Source of the DNA: Candidatus Heimdallarchaeota archaeon B3_Heim
GTDB lineage: Archaea > Asgardarchaeota > Heimdallarchaeia > Hodarchaeales > Hodarchaeaceae
Direction: 5' to 3'
DNA: 32,000 nucleotides
NCBI GenBank assembly: GCA_003144275.1
Contig: NJBF01000024.1
Coordinates: forward strand, 1-32,000
Every line of letters begins with the position of its first letter. The stretch's first letter is position 1. Below, one piece after another: positions 9,589 through 18,383 of the stretch. Below the pieces are notes generated by a model. It saw only the letters and a list, made by a program, of their open reading frames with translations, was not told the DNA's origin and ran no database searches. The position numbers were made by a program, and so were the translations under genes.

Positions 9589-10628
9589 GTGCACTACAAG
9601 AAATTTGGTTCTTATTACTCATTGTAATCGTAATTATTTATGTTATTTTGGATGGTTTCGATCTTGGTGTGGGATTTTGGTTTATTTTTGCCAAAGATAA
9701 GCACCAAGAAACTACTCTGAATGAAAGAAAGGAAATAATTCAATCAATTGCTCCCTTTTGGGATGGTAATGAAGTTTGGCTTCTCGCAGCTGGGGGTATC
9801 CTCTTCGCTGCTTTTTCAGACGTATATGCGACAGTATTTAGCGCGTTTTATGTTCCATTAATCTTGGTTGCTTTTTGCTTAATCATCCGTGCTGTATCAA
9901 TTGAATTCCGTGAAGAATTCCCCAATCCTATCTGGCACAAAATTTCAGATATTGCTTTCATTTTCGGCAGTTTAGGTCCAGCAATTGCCTTTGGAGTTCT
10001 AATTGGTAATTTGGTACAAGATATCGCAATCAATGCGGACAAAAGATTTACTGGATCATTTATTGACCATTTCAATCCATATTCAATCCTTATAGGTCTA
10101 TTAGCATTATCTATGATTATAACGCATGGGGCTGTGTACTTACGTGCGCGTGCAACCGATAAGCTAGCTGCCAAAGCAACTCAATGGGCTAAGATGGGTA
10201 TCATTAGTTTCCTAGCAATATCTTCAGGTTCACTCGTGATTAGTTTGATCTTTCATCCTCACATTATTGATAATTTTTTAAATATGCCAATTCTTCTAAT
10301 AATTCCCTTAATTGGTTTTGTCTGTATTTTATTTACTTCATACTTTATTTGGAACGAAAAAGACGCTAAATTGACATTTCTCCTTTCATCTCTTTCCATT
10401 GCCTTTTCTATCCTCGGTGCTGGAGTAGCAATTTATCCAAATTTAGTGTTTTCATCGCTTGATGAAGCATATAGCCTCACAATCCACAATGCTTCAGCTA
10501 CGGATGCAGGTTTATTGGTTATGCTTATAGTAGCTCTTATCGCTCTTCCTCTCATCTTAGTGTATACACTATGGATCTATAAGATGATGGGAACGAAATT
10601 AAAAGATGAAGATATTACGGGATACTAA
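9585..10628 (+). CDS. cydB: Cytochrome bd oxidase subunit II
   Basis: LDGFDLGVG and IAPFWDGNEVWL signatures; ATGA overlap with the cydA stop codon. Confidence 0.97.
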   Translation: MSALQEIWFLLLIVIVIIYVILDGFDLGVGFWFIFAKDKHQETTLNERKEIIQSIAPFWDGNEVWLLAAGGILFAAFSDVYATVFSAFYVPLILVAFCLIIRAVSIEFREEFPNPIWHKISDIAFIFGSLGPAIAFGVLIGNLVQDIAINADKRFTGSFIDHFNPYSILIGLLALSMIITHGAVYLRARATDKLAAKATQWAKMGIISFLAISSGSLVISLIFHPHIIDNFLNMPILLIIPLIGFVCILFTSYFIWNEKDAKLTFLLSSLSIAFSILGAGVAIYPNLVFSSLDEAYSLTIHNASATDAGLLVMLIVALIALPLILVYTLWIYKMMGTKLKDEDITGY

Positions 10629-10633
10629 TTGGA

Positions 10634-11746
10634 ATGCTGACTGATGATCAACTAAACCATATTCGAAAGTTTGCCTCCCCTTCACGTGAATCAGGATATA
10701 CTCGATCTATTTACAGCTATCCAGCTAAGTTTCTTTCCCACCTACCACAAGAGCTCATAAAAATCTTCACTCAGGAAGGGGATCGAATCTGTGATCCTTT
10801 TGTTGGAGGGGGGACAACTGGATTAGAAGCCATGCTTCTTAACAGACAGTTTATTGGTTATGACATTAATCCATTCGCGATTCTTGTTTCTAGGGTGAAA
10901 ACGACCTATATCTCAAAGGAGGAACTGCATGAAGGCCTAAAAGTAATTCACCGAAATATTGAATCATTGAAAGAACAATCAAACGACTATCTTGATTCGA
11001 CTGATAAAGAATGTTTAGGTAAATTAATATCTTCTGAGTTAAATTTTTTGGCTTCTAGTATCAAAAAAGCTAGTTTAAATGCAACGTTGCGGGATTTTTT
11101 TAGTTTAGCACTAATTCATGTTACTAAACTTATCGGGAGAAGAGATTTTGAGGAACGAGAAAATTGGCAACATTTATCTATGATTCCGATGTTCACACGT
11201 AAATGTAACAAGATGATTGACGCGGTTTCCTCCTTACCACATTCAGTTCAGTTTCCCCCAACGTTTCATTTAGGTTCTAACCACGATATGGATGTCCCCG
11301 AACATAGTATCGACTTTATTTTGACTTCTCCCCCATATTTGGAAGTAGATGTTGAATACCAACAGATCCAGATACAAAGAAGAAGTTTAGGAAAATCAAA
11401 AAGAACCGATTTCATAAGTAAGTTGCTTGGAACCCAACCACTCCCTAAAAAAGATTTATGTTGGACAGGTCAAGGAGGAAGCTTCTACTGGTCCAATTTA
11501 GAAAGGAGTTTAAGTGGAAGTTATCGAATTCTTAAGCCAAATCGATGTTTGTGCATATGGACTGGGTTTAAGACGAAAGAAAATCAGAGAAAATTAATTA
11601 CAACAATTAAAAAGGTACATTTTAATTTACTTGAAGTCATCTCGATACCTTTGAGTGATAATCGAACAGCCTCTAGCCGATCGACCCACCATAAACGAAA
11701 TACGCGAATGTTGAAGGAGGACTCAATTTACATTCTCACAAAATAA
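10634..11746 (+). CDS. Orphan amino-DNA methyltransferase, alpha motif order, probably m4C-type
   Basis: YSYPAKF, ICDPFVGGGTTG (motif I) and IGYDINP near the N-terminus; FILTSPPY (motif IV) near the C-terminus. Confidence 0.8.
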   Translation: MLTDDQLNHIRKFASPSRESGYTRSIYSYPAKFLSHLPQELIKIFTQEGDRICDPFVGGGTTGLEAMLLNRQFIGYDINPFAILVSRVKTTYISKEELHEGLKVIHRNIESLKEQSNDYLDSTDKECLGKLISSELNFLASSIKKASLNATLRDFFSLALIHVTKLIGRRDFEERENWQHLSMIPMFTRKCNKMIDAVSSLPHSVQFPPTFHLGSNHDMDVPEHSIDFILTSPPYLEVDVEYQQIQIQRRSLGKSKRTDFISKLLGTQPLPKKDLCWTGQGGSFYWSNLERSLSGSYRILKPNRCLCIWTGFKTKENQRKLITTIKKVHFNLLEVISIPLSDNRTASSRSTHHKRNTRMLKEDSIYILTK

Positions 11747-11834
11747 AAAAAAATCTTAGGCAATTTGACTCATTGTTAGCTTTAAATAGCTTTTAATTGA
11801 TTCTTATCAAATATAAAATATAAAGGGGATCATT

Positions 11835-13103
11835 ATGATACTAGAAGCAGTGAATGACACAGAAATTTTGATAGGAGTCTTAGAAATTGGTGCAGTAATT
11901 ATTTTCTCGCTTGTCGTCGCAAGAGGACTAGGAAATCGCGGAATCCCTCAAGTTTTAGGTTTGATTATAGGAGGAGTTGTGATAAGAGGACTTACAATAG
12001 CAACAGAATTTCCTGCGCCACCTACACCAGGATTAATCTATTTAATAACAACAGGCGCACTAGGGTTCATTGGATATAGTATAGGATCTCATATCGATAT
12101 ATATAAACTAAGAGATGCTTCTTGGAGATTACCATTCGTATTAATTGGTGAAGCTATTGGAGCCTTCTTGGTTGTAGCTATCTTAGTTAATTTACTGATA
12201 CAGGATTTCATTTTAGCATTATTACTAGGATCGATTGCGATGGCAACAGCCCCTGCGGCAACATCTCAAGTAATTCGAGAATATAACGCTCATGGTTCAC
12301 TCAGTCAAACGATATTGTTTATTGTCGCGTTTGATGATATTCTAGCTATTATTTTCTTCAATATTGCTTTAGGCTATGCTGAATCTACTTACGTCACCAC
12401 CACTCTATCACTATTAGAGATATTCATACCTATCATAGTTGAGGTAATAGGATCAATAATTCTTGGAATCGCCTTAGCATTCGCAATGAAACCGTTTCAT
12501 ACGGAAGGTGTTAAAGCATATGAGTCCGCAGAATATGTATTCCCTTCTGTTTTGATATGTATTTCACTTGCAGGACTATTACATTTCTCAGTGATATTAA
12601 GCTGTATTGTATTTGGCTTTGCATTAAGTACACTGGCCAGGTGTGAAAATAAAGCCTGTGTTCGTGGAGTAGAAAGGCTTTCTAGTCCCATAATTGCATT
12701 ATTCTTCATTCTTGTAGGATATGAAATGGAATTGAATCTGCTCCTTACACCATTAATATTGGTGATTTTACTTTATTTCATTTCTCGGGCTATTGGGAAA
12801 TCTACAGGAGCATTCGTGACATCCTACTTCTCAAATATGCCGCAAAAGGTAACACGATATTTACCATTCTCTTTAATAAGCCAAGCTGGGGTAGCTTTAG
12901 GTCTAGCTGCTTTTGCGTATACTCGACTCTTGGAATTAAATGTACAAGCGGCTAGTGACATCGCTATTGTTTTAATAGATATTGTAGCAGTAAGTGTTCT
13001 AATTGCAGAAATTGTTGGACCACTTTTATTGAAGAATGCGCTAATCAGAGCAGAGGAAATCAAAGAACCTGTTCCAGTACCATTTATTGAAAACCATATA
13101 TAG
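11835..13103 (+). CDS. Cation:proton antiporter, CPA2/Na+_H+ exchanger family
   Basis: About 12-13 hydrophobic helices, with ATAPAAT, VAFDD and FFILVG motifs. Confidence 0.9.
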   Translation: MILEAVNDTEILIGVLEIGAVIIFSLVVARGLGNRGIPQVLGLIIGGVVIRGLTIATEFPAPPTPGLIYLITTGALGFIGYSIGSHIDIYKLRDASWRLPFVLIGEAIGAFLVVAILVNLLIQDFILALLLGSIAMATAPAATSQVIREYNAHGSLSQTILFIVAFDDILAIIFFNIALGYAESTYVTTTLSLLEIFIPIIVEVIGSIILGIALAFAMKPFHTEGVKAYESAEYVFPSVLICISLAGLLHFSVILSCIVFGFALSTLARCENKACVRGVERLSSPIIALFFILVGYEMELNLLLTPLILVILLYFISRAIGKSTGAFVTSYFSNMPQKVTRYLPFSLISQAGVALGLAAFAYTRLLELNVQAASDIAIVLIDIVAVSVLIAEIVGPLLLKNALIRAEEIKEPVPVPFIENHI

Positions 13104-13146
13104 GCACAATCATTGAACCAGTCTATTTATGGTATTTTTCTGATGT

Positions 13147-13479
13147 TTAACCATAGTACGACGGTTGATCAGAATCAGATTTTTGTTTCATTTGACCAAC
13201 TTGGATTTCACCATGCATTTCTTCATATTTTTTTACATGCTGTGACATCCATATTGCCATTCGTTTGAAAATTAATGGACTCATCTTAATATTTGCAACA
13301 AAATCATGTTGGACAGTATCTAATACAATTTGACCGTTTGCTCCAAGTTGGGGGACGAGCTTATCAGAAAAAAAGCTAATATTCCCTTCGTTGGGATTTA
13401 TCCCTCCAAAAAATCCTGATATAGCAAAGCTCGGTACATTATCAAATTTTACGTTCCTACGGGGTAATCCTTGGGCCAT
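13147..13479 (-). CDS. Small DUF3467-like protein ending in ...PSYYG-COOH
   Basis: 110 aa; the FFGG...ISFF...ANIKMSPLIFKRMAIWM...KKYEEMHGEI pattern recalls DUF3467. The family call is from memory. Confidence 0.6.
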   Translation of the reverse strand: MAQGLPRRNVKFDNVPSFAISGFFGGINPNEGNISFFSDKLVPQLGANGQIVLDTVQHDFVANIKMSPLIFKRMAIWMSQHVKKYEEMHGEIQVGQMKQKSDSDQPSYYG

Positions 13480-13558
13480 CTCGAATACATCCTATGATAA
13501 AACTTCAATTCAATCAAAATTATTATCTTTTCGTTTTCTAATCTATTTTGTGGAAAAA

Positions 13559-13945
13559 ATGACTTTCTGCAAGAATTGTGGCAATAAACTCACAGAAGAA
13601 GCTTTTATGGGATATTGCAGCCTGAACTGTCTTGGAGGCTTATCCAAAGGTAATAATCACCCAAAACGAGAGCAATATAAGTCTGTTCATCCTTTCTTAT
13701 CATTTGATTATCATGGTGTCTCCCTTTATGATGCAAAAACAAGAATTGTTGATGATGTAATTGAGTCTTTTGAAAGTGGAGTTGAGGAAGTCCGATTAAT
13801 TCATGGGTATAAGCATGGACAAGCGATTAAAGCTTATATTTGGCAGAAAAACGGATTACATCGAGAAGTAAGAGCTTTACGTCCCGATATCAGCTTTCGT
13901 ATCCAGAAAGGATCCACACGAGGAGTTACTTCCATCCGATTTTAG
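13559..13945 (+). CDS. Stand-alone Smr-domain protein with an N-terminal Cys4 zinc finger
   Basis: ATG at 13559, in frame with track ORF 13391. Contains CKNC-x12-CSLNC, then FDYHGVSLYDA...VRLIHGYKHG...RGVTSIRF, matching the Smr DxHG / IHGxG / GxT pattern. Confidence 0.75.
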   Translation: MTFCKNCGNKLTEEAFMGYCSLNCLGGLSKGNNHPKREQYKSVHPFLSFDYHGVSLYDAKTRIVDDVIESFESGVEEVRLIHGYKHGQAIKAYIWQKNGLHREVRALRPDISFRIQKGSTRGVTSIRF

Positions 13946-14047
13946 GTATAAATTTGAATATTTCTTGATTGGCATTATAATTACCTAATAATTTGTTTAC
14001 TCAAATTACTTTCTTCCCTCTACTGTTTCTACAAAGGACTTGTCACC

Positions 14048-16501
14048 ATGGCTGTATCATCAGATGTTCTATTTGGGATTTTTTTGATAGCTCTTGCTAT
14101 GGTAATTGTAGTTGGTTTAGCAAGCTATTCCCTAATTCAAGTGGTCTTCTATAGTAGAAAACGGTATGTTCTTCAAAAAGTTCCTGAAAAAGGTGCAGAT
14201 TCTGTATTAACTGGAGCTGATCTCTCGAGAGATATGACGGTAACTCAAGCTACCATGACTGGAGTGGGAGCTATGATCGGAGCTGGTATATTTGTATTGA
14301 CAGGAATTGTTGCTGGAATTGCGGGGCCTGGCCTGTTGGTTGCTTTTGCATTTAATGGAGTTATTGCCACCTTAATTGCCCTGGTTTACGCAGAATTGGG
14401 ATCAGCTATGCCAGAAGCAGGGGGAGGATATATTTGGGCTCGTGCAGGCCTTGGAGAAACGCAAGGATTTTTTTCTGGGTGGATGAGCTGGTTTGCTGCT
14501 GCAGTGGCGGGATCTTTGTACGCACTTGGATTTGGAGCGTACTTTGTGGCATTGTTATCGAATATCGGAATTGTAATTCCAGAAAATTCGATTTTTATTG
14601 TCGAAAAAGCTATTGCCGTAGTCATCATTATCCTTTTCTTACTGATTAATCAGCTCGGTTCCTCCGTTATGGGTAAAGCCGAGGTTTGGATTTCAGGAGC
14701 CAAAATTCTGATTCTAGTCTTTTTTATTTTTACTGGACTCATAATAATGACTGGAAATCCTTCTCAAGCACTCAATAATATTGATAACTTTTTTCCAAAA
14801 GGTTTCTTCACTATTTTCATGGCTATGGGTTTCAGTTTTATTGCATTTGAAGGATATGAGGTTGTATGTCAAACTGGGGAGGAAATTTATGATCCTAAGG
14901 TGAGTATTCCAAAATCAGTCATTTTATCAGTATTAATTGTCATTCCAATTTATCTTCTTGTTGGATTAGTCTCACTAGGCGCATTTACTCCTCCTGATGG
15001 TCTACAGACTTTTGAATTTCTAAGCCAGCATGAAGAACTTGGTTTGCTATATGCAGCGGAACAAATGATCCCTGGTTTGGGATTGGTCGTAATTCTCTTT
15101 GGTGGACTTCTTAGTACCCTTTCCGCACTAAACGCTGCAATTTATTCCTCAACTCGCGTAGCCTTCGCATTAGGACGGGATGGCTCACTACCATCAAAAT
15201 TAGGAACGGTTTCACCACAACATCATACGCCAGTCACGTCGATTAATATTACAGGCTTACTAATTATTGTCATGGCTGTCCTTATCCCCATTGATACGGT
15301 AGCAGCTTCTGCAGGCTTAATGTTTATGATCTTATTCGGTCAGGTTTTGTTAGCTTCAGTAATAATACGGAAAAAAGTAAGAAAATCCCGGGAAAAACTT
15401 GACTATGGTTATAAAACTCCTCTTTTTCCCCTTATTCCTCTATTAGGGGGTATTGCCTTAATTACAATTTTTATATTCACACTTCTCTTACATCTAGATG
15501 CATTTGTCACCACACTGATATGGATATCTCTAGGTTCGGTTGTTTATTTCATCTTTGCTCGAAGTAGAACCCCTATGAAAATATCTTCGAAATTAGGAAA
15601 ACATACTAAAATGAGAGCCGATTATATTCCAGAAGCATTTTTTACGACAGTCTGTGAAAATATTTTAGTTCCTTTGGCAGGAAAAGAATATGAATGGGAT
15701 GCCTTTCGAATAGCTGTTCACCTCGCACATGAATTTGGACAAAAAATTACTCTTTATCACTATGGTTATGAATCCGAAGAGAAATTTCATAAATACACTG
15801 ATAGATTACTCGAATTTCATATCCCTTATGAATTGAAGATCGTTAGTCCAGAAAAAGGTCATTCTAAACCACAAGATATTGTTCAACACTTGTGTGATAT
15901 TACATCGACAGGTAACTATCAACTAGCTATTCTCCCCTCACGTCGGAATCGGAAATTTTGGCAACGAAGCCTTTCACATGATTCTATTCGGAAGATGCCA
16001 ATACCTGGTCTCGAGGTATTTCCCTGTAGGGAATGCAAAAAGACAGATTATTTCACTTTTAATCAAGTAGGAGCCTTGACTCCGGGAACGAAACGTGATC
16101 CTTTCCTTTTACAAATAGGTATTTCTATAGTTTCTTCTACCAAGATGTCAGATCTGGTTGCCTACCACTGGACGGATGTCCCTGATTTAATTACTCCAAA
16201 AGTGATGTCTGAAGCTCCAGGGGTACAGGAGAATACAGCTATCTTTTTACATAATATTGGAGAAGCCCTTAGGATGGGGATTCCCATTCAGCAACGTCAC
16301 GTCCTTGGACATAATTTCGTGCGAAGCATAGGGAACATTGTTAAAAAAGATAATCTTGACCTTCTTATTTTAGGTTATGGAAAACCTAGACTAAGTAAAC
16401 GACCTTCAGAAAAGTTAGTCAATAATATTAAGTGTACCGCAGTTGTTTTTCATGGTCGTCCCGAATTTAAATACAAACCAGAAACCACCCCCTCTTTTTA
16501 G
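14048..16501 (+). CDS. APC-superfamily amino acid permease with C-terminal tandem universal-stress-protein-like domains
   Basis: GAMIGAGIF, YAELGSAMPEAGGGY and FIAFEGYE motifs with about 13 TMs; the cytoplasmic tail has ILVPLAG and LDLLILGYG USP-like motifs. Confidence 0.9.
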   Translation: MAVSSDVLFGIFLIALAMVIVVGLASYSLIQVVFYSRKRYVLQKVPEKGADSVLTGADLSRDMTVTQATMTGVGAMIGAGIFVLTGIVAGIAGPGLLVAFAFNGVIATLIALVYAELGSAMPEAGGGYIWARAGLGETQGFFSGWMSWFAAAVAGSLYALGFGAYFVALLSNIGIVIPENSIFIVEKAIAVVIIILFLLINQLGSSVMGKAEVWISGAKILILVFFIFTGLIIMTGNPSQALNNIDNFFPKGFFTIFMAMGFSFIAFEGYEVVCQTGEEIYDPKVSIPKSVILSVLIVIPIYLLVGLVSLGAFTPPDGLQTFEFLSQHEELGLLYAAEQMIPGLGLVVILFGGLLSTLSALNAAIYSSTRVAFALGRDGSLPSKLGTVSPQHHTPVTSINITGLLIIVMAVLIPIDTVAASAGLMFMILFGQVLLASVIIRKKVRKSREKLDYGYKTPLFPLIPLLGGIALITIFIFTLLLHLDAFVTTLIWISLGSVVYFIFARSRTPMKISSKLGKHTKMRADYIPEAFFTTVCENILVPLAGKEYEWDAFRIAVHLAHEFGQKITLYHYGYESEEKFHKYTDRLLEFHIPYELKIVSPEKGHSKPQDIVQHLCDITSTGNYQLAILPSRRNRKFWQRSLSHDSIRKMPIPGLEVFPCRECKKTDYFTFNQVGALTPGTKRDPFLLQIGISIVSSTKMSDLVAYHWTDVPDLITPKVMSEAPGVQENTAIFLHNIGEALRMGIPIQQRHVLGHNFVRSIGNIVKKDNLDLLILGYGKPRLSKRPSEKLVNNIKCTAVVFHGRPEFKYKPETTPSF

Positions 16502-16567
16502 TGATGACAAAGTTTTTTGGTAAAGAAGAATTTTCGAATTTATTCAGATATAGGAGGATTTTGAGTA

Positions 16568-17590
16568 TTGAGTAACTATAAACGTGTAGCAATTTACCTA
16601 CAAGATAAACACAGTATACCTGAGTCGATGGAATTTGCTAAATATGCTGAAGAAAGAGGATTTGAAGCAATTTGGCAAGCAGAAAGTCGATTAGCTAGAG
16701 TAGCATCAGTACCAATGGCAGCGATGGCTGCAGTAACCAACAAAATTAAGCTAGGTTCTGGAGTTATAAATAATTTAGTTACAGTGGCTCCTGCAGTTGC
16801 TGCTACATTTTCAACGATGGATCAAATGGCTCCTGGTAGATTTATCTGTGGAATTGGAGCATGGTGGGAACCACTGGCAAGTAAGGTTGGAACACCTAGG
16901 ACAAAGCCATTAAAACGTATGAAAGAATATGTAACTGTGTTAAAAAGACTATTTAATATGGAAACCGTCACATTTGATGGAGAATTTGTAAAGGTTGATG
17001 GAATTACCCTAGATATAGTACATGGAGATCCTGATAAACCCAGAGAAGTTCCCATTTATATTGGAGCAACTGGAATGAAAATGATGGAACTAACGGGAGA
17101 GCTCTGTGCACAAAAACTTGCAGATGGAGTAGTATTGAATTATATGGTGACCCCTGATTATAATAAAACTGCGTTAAAACATCTTGAAATCGGAGTAAAA
17201 CGTGGTGGTGGATCATTAGAGGATATTGATCGACCCCAGCTTATTGTTTGCTCAATGAATCATGATCGAGAGAAGGCATTAGATGCTGCCCGTGAACTCC
17301 TTACACAATATATGGGCCAGCAACCACATTTGATGAAAGCTAGTAAGATGCCTCAAGATATTCTAGACAAAATCCATGCGGAACTCACGTGGCCAGCTAC
17401 AAAAGAACAAATCAGAAAAGCTATGAGACATATTCCTGATGAAATTGTTCAGAAGATAACGGCAAGTGGGACTCCTGATGAGTGTTACGATCGTGTTCAA
17501 CAATGGGTTGAGAATGGTTGCACATGTCCAATTCTCTATCAACTCTCAGATGACGTTAAGTTGATGATTGATACGTTTGCTCCAAAATAA
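16568..17590 (+). CDS. LLM-class (luciferase-like, possibly F420-dependent) oxidoreductase
   Basis: [28 protein letters not shown] and PIYIGATG motifs. TTG start preceded by AGGAGG. Confidence 0.9.
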   Translation: MSNYKRVAIYLQDKHSIPESMEFAKYAEERGFEAIWQAESRLARVASVPMAAMAAVTNKIKLGSGVINNLVTVAPAVAATFSTMDQMAPGRFICGIGAWWEPLASKVGTPRTKPLKRMKEYVTVLKRLFNMETVTFDGEFVKVDGITLDIVHGDPDKPREVPIYIGATGMKMMELTGELCAQKLADGVVLNYMVTPDYNKTALKHLEIGVKRGGGSLEDIDRPQLIVCSMNHDREKALDAARELLTQYMGQQPHLMKASKMPQDILDKIHAELTWPATKEQIRKAMRHIPDEIVQKITASGTPDECYDRVQQWVENGCTCPILYQLSDDVKLMIDTFAPK

Positions 17591-17676
17591 CTGGAATTGT
17601 CTCAGTTTTTTCATTATAGATTAATCTTCTTCTTTCTCCTTTTTTAAGGGCTGGTTTGAAAAGAATAATCTCTTAC

Positions 17677-18264
17677 TTATGCTACAAATTCCAAGAGCAT
17701 GACCAGAATTCCTGTCACAACTCCAGCCACAATCATTCTGAGGCCGTATAACACTTTATTTTCATCAGATATAACCCCTAAATAAGCTCCCAAGACGAAT
17801 AAGGCAATAGCTGTTAATACAATTGAGGAGGTATATGCCACCCCAATATCTAAGCCTAAGAGTGGAGTAAAGAAGTAAGGCATAAAGCTAATTGATGCTG
17901 CTATAAATGGACTTATACCATCAACAATAGCTACGAATATTGAAGATACTTGAGCTGCCTGATCATGCACAGTGTCATTTAATTCCTCTAACATAGCTTT
18001 TTCTTTTTCTGCCATTTCCTGTTTTTTAACAGCAATCTCTGTAAGATACGCACCAAAACCTCCGCTGACACCCATCGCAATACTAGCACCAAGACCCGCT
18101 AACAGAATGGTTGAAGGTTCTTCAACATCTGCTAATAAAGATCCAAGTATTATTCCCAACGCAGTTAATGATCCATCAAAGGAATTCATAACCATATAGC
18201 GTTTCGCTATTCCACCTGCTCCACCCATGGATAGAAGCTCTTTAAGCTTTGAAATCGAAATCAC
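17677..18264 (-). CDS. VIT1/CCC1-family transporter, archaeal type
   Basis: RYMVMNSFDG, GLGASIAMGVSGGFGAYLTE and DGISPF motifs. GTG start, or ATG at 18228. Confidence 0.85.
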   Translation of the reverse strand: MISISKLKELLSMGGAGGIAKRYMVMNSFDGSLTALGIILGSLLADVEEPSTILLAGLGASIAMGVSGGFGAYLTEIAVKKQEMAEKEKAMLEELNDTVHDQAAQVSSIFVAIVDGISPFIAASISFMPYFFTPLLGLDIGVAYTSSIVLTAIALFVLGAYLGVISDENKVLYGLRMIVAGVVTGILVMLLEFVA

Positions 18265-18383
18265 AGATAAATCCGCACAATTGAAGGGATTAATTACTTT
18301 ATTTGAAAGAATTATTGTTGACTGCTAGTTACCCAAAAGACCAGTATTGTCATTAAATAGGGAATCCACATAACTATAGGTTA

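Noticed and set aside
13391-13558. N-terminal 56 aa of the track's 184-aa ORF
   Set aside because: It overlaps the DUF3467-like gene on the opposite strand and the shared promoter region; the domain content starts at ATG 13559.
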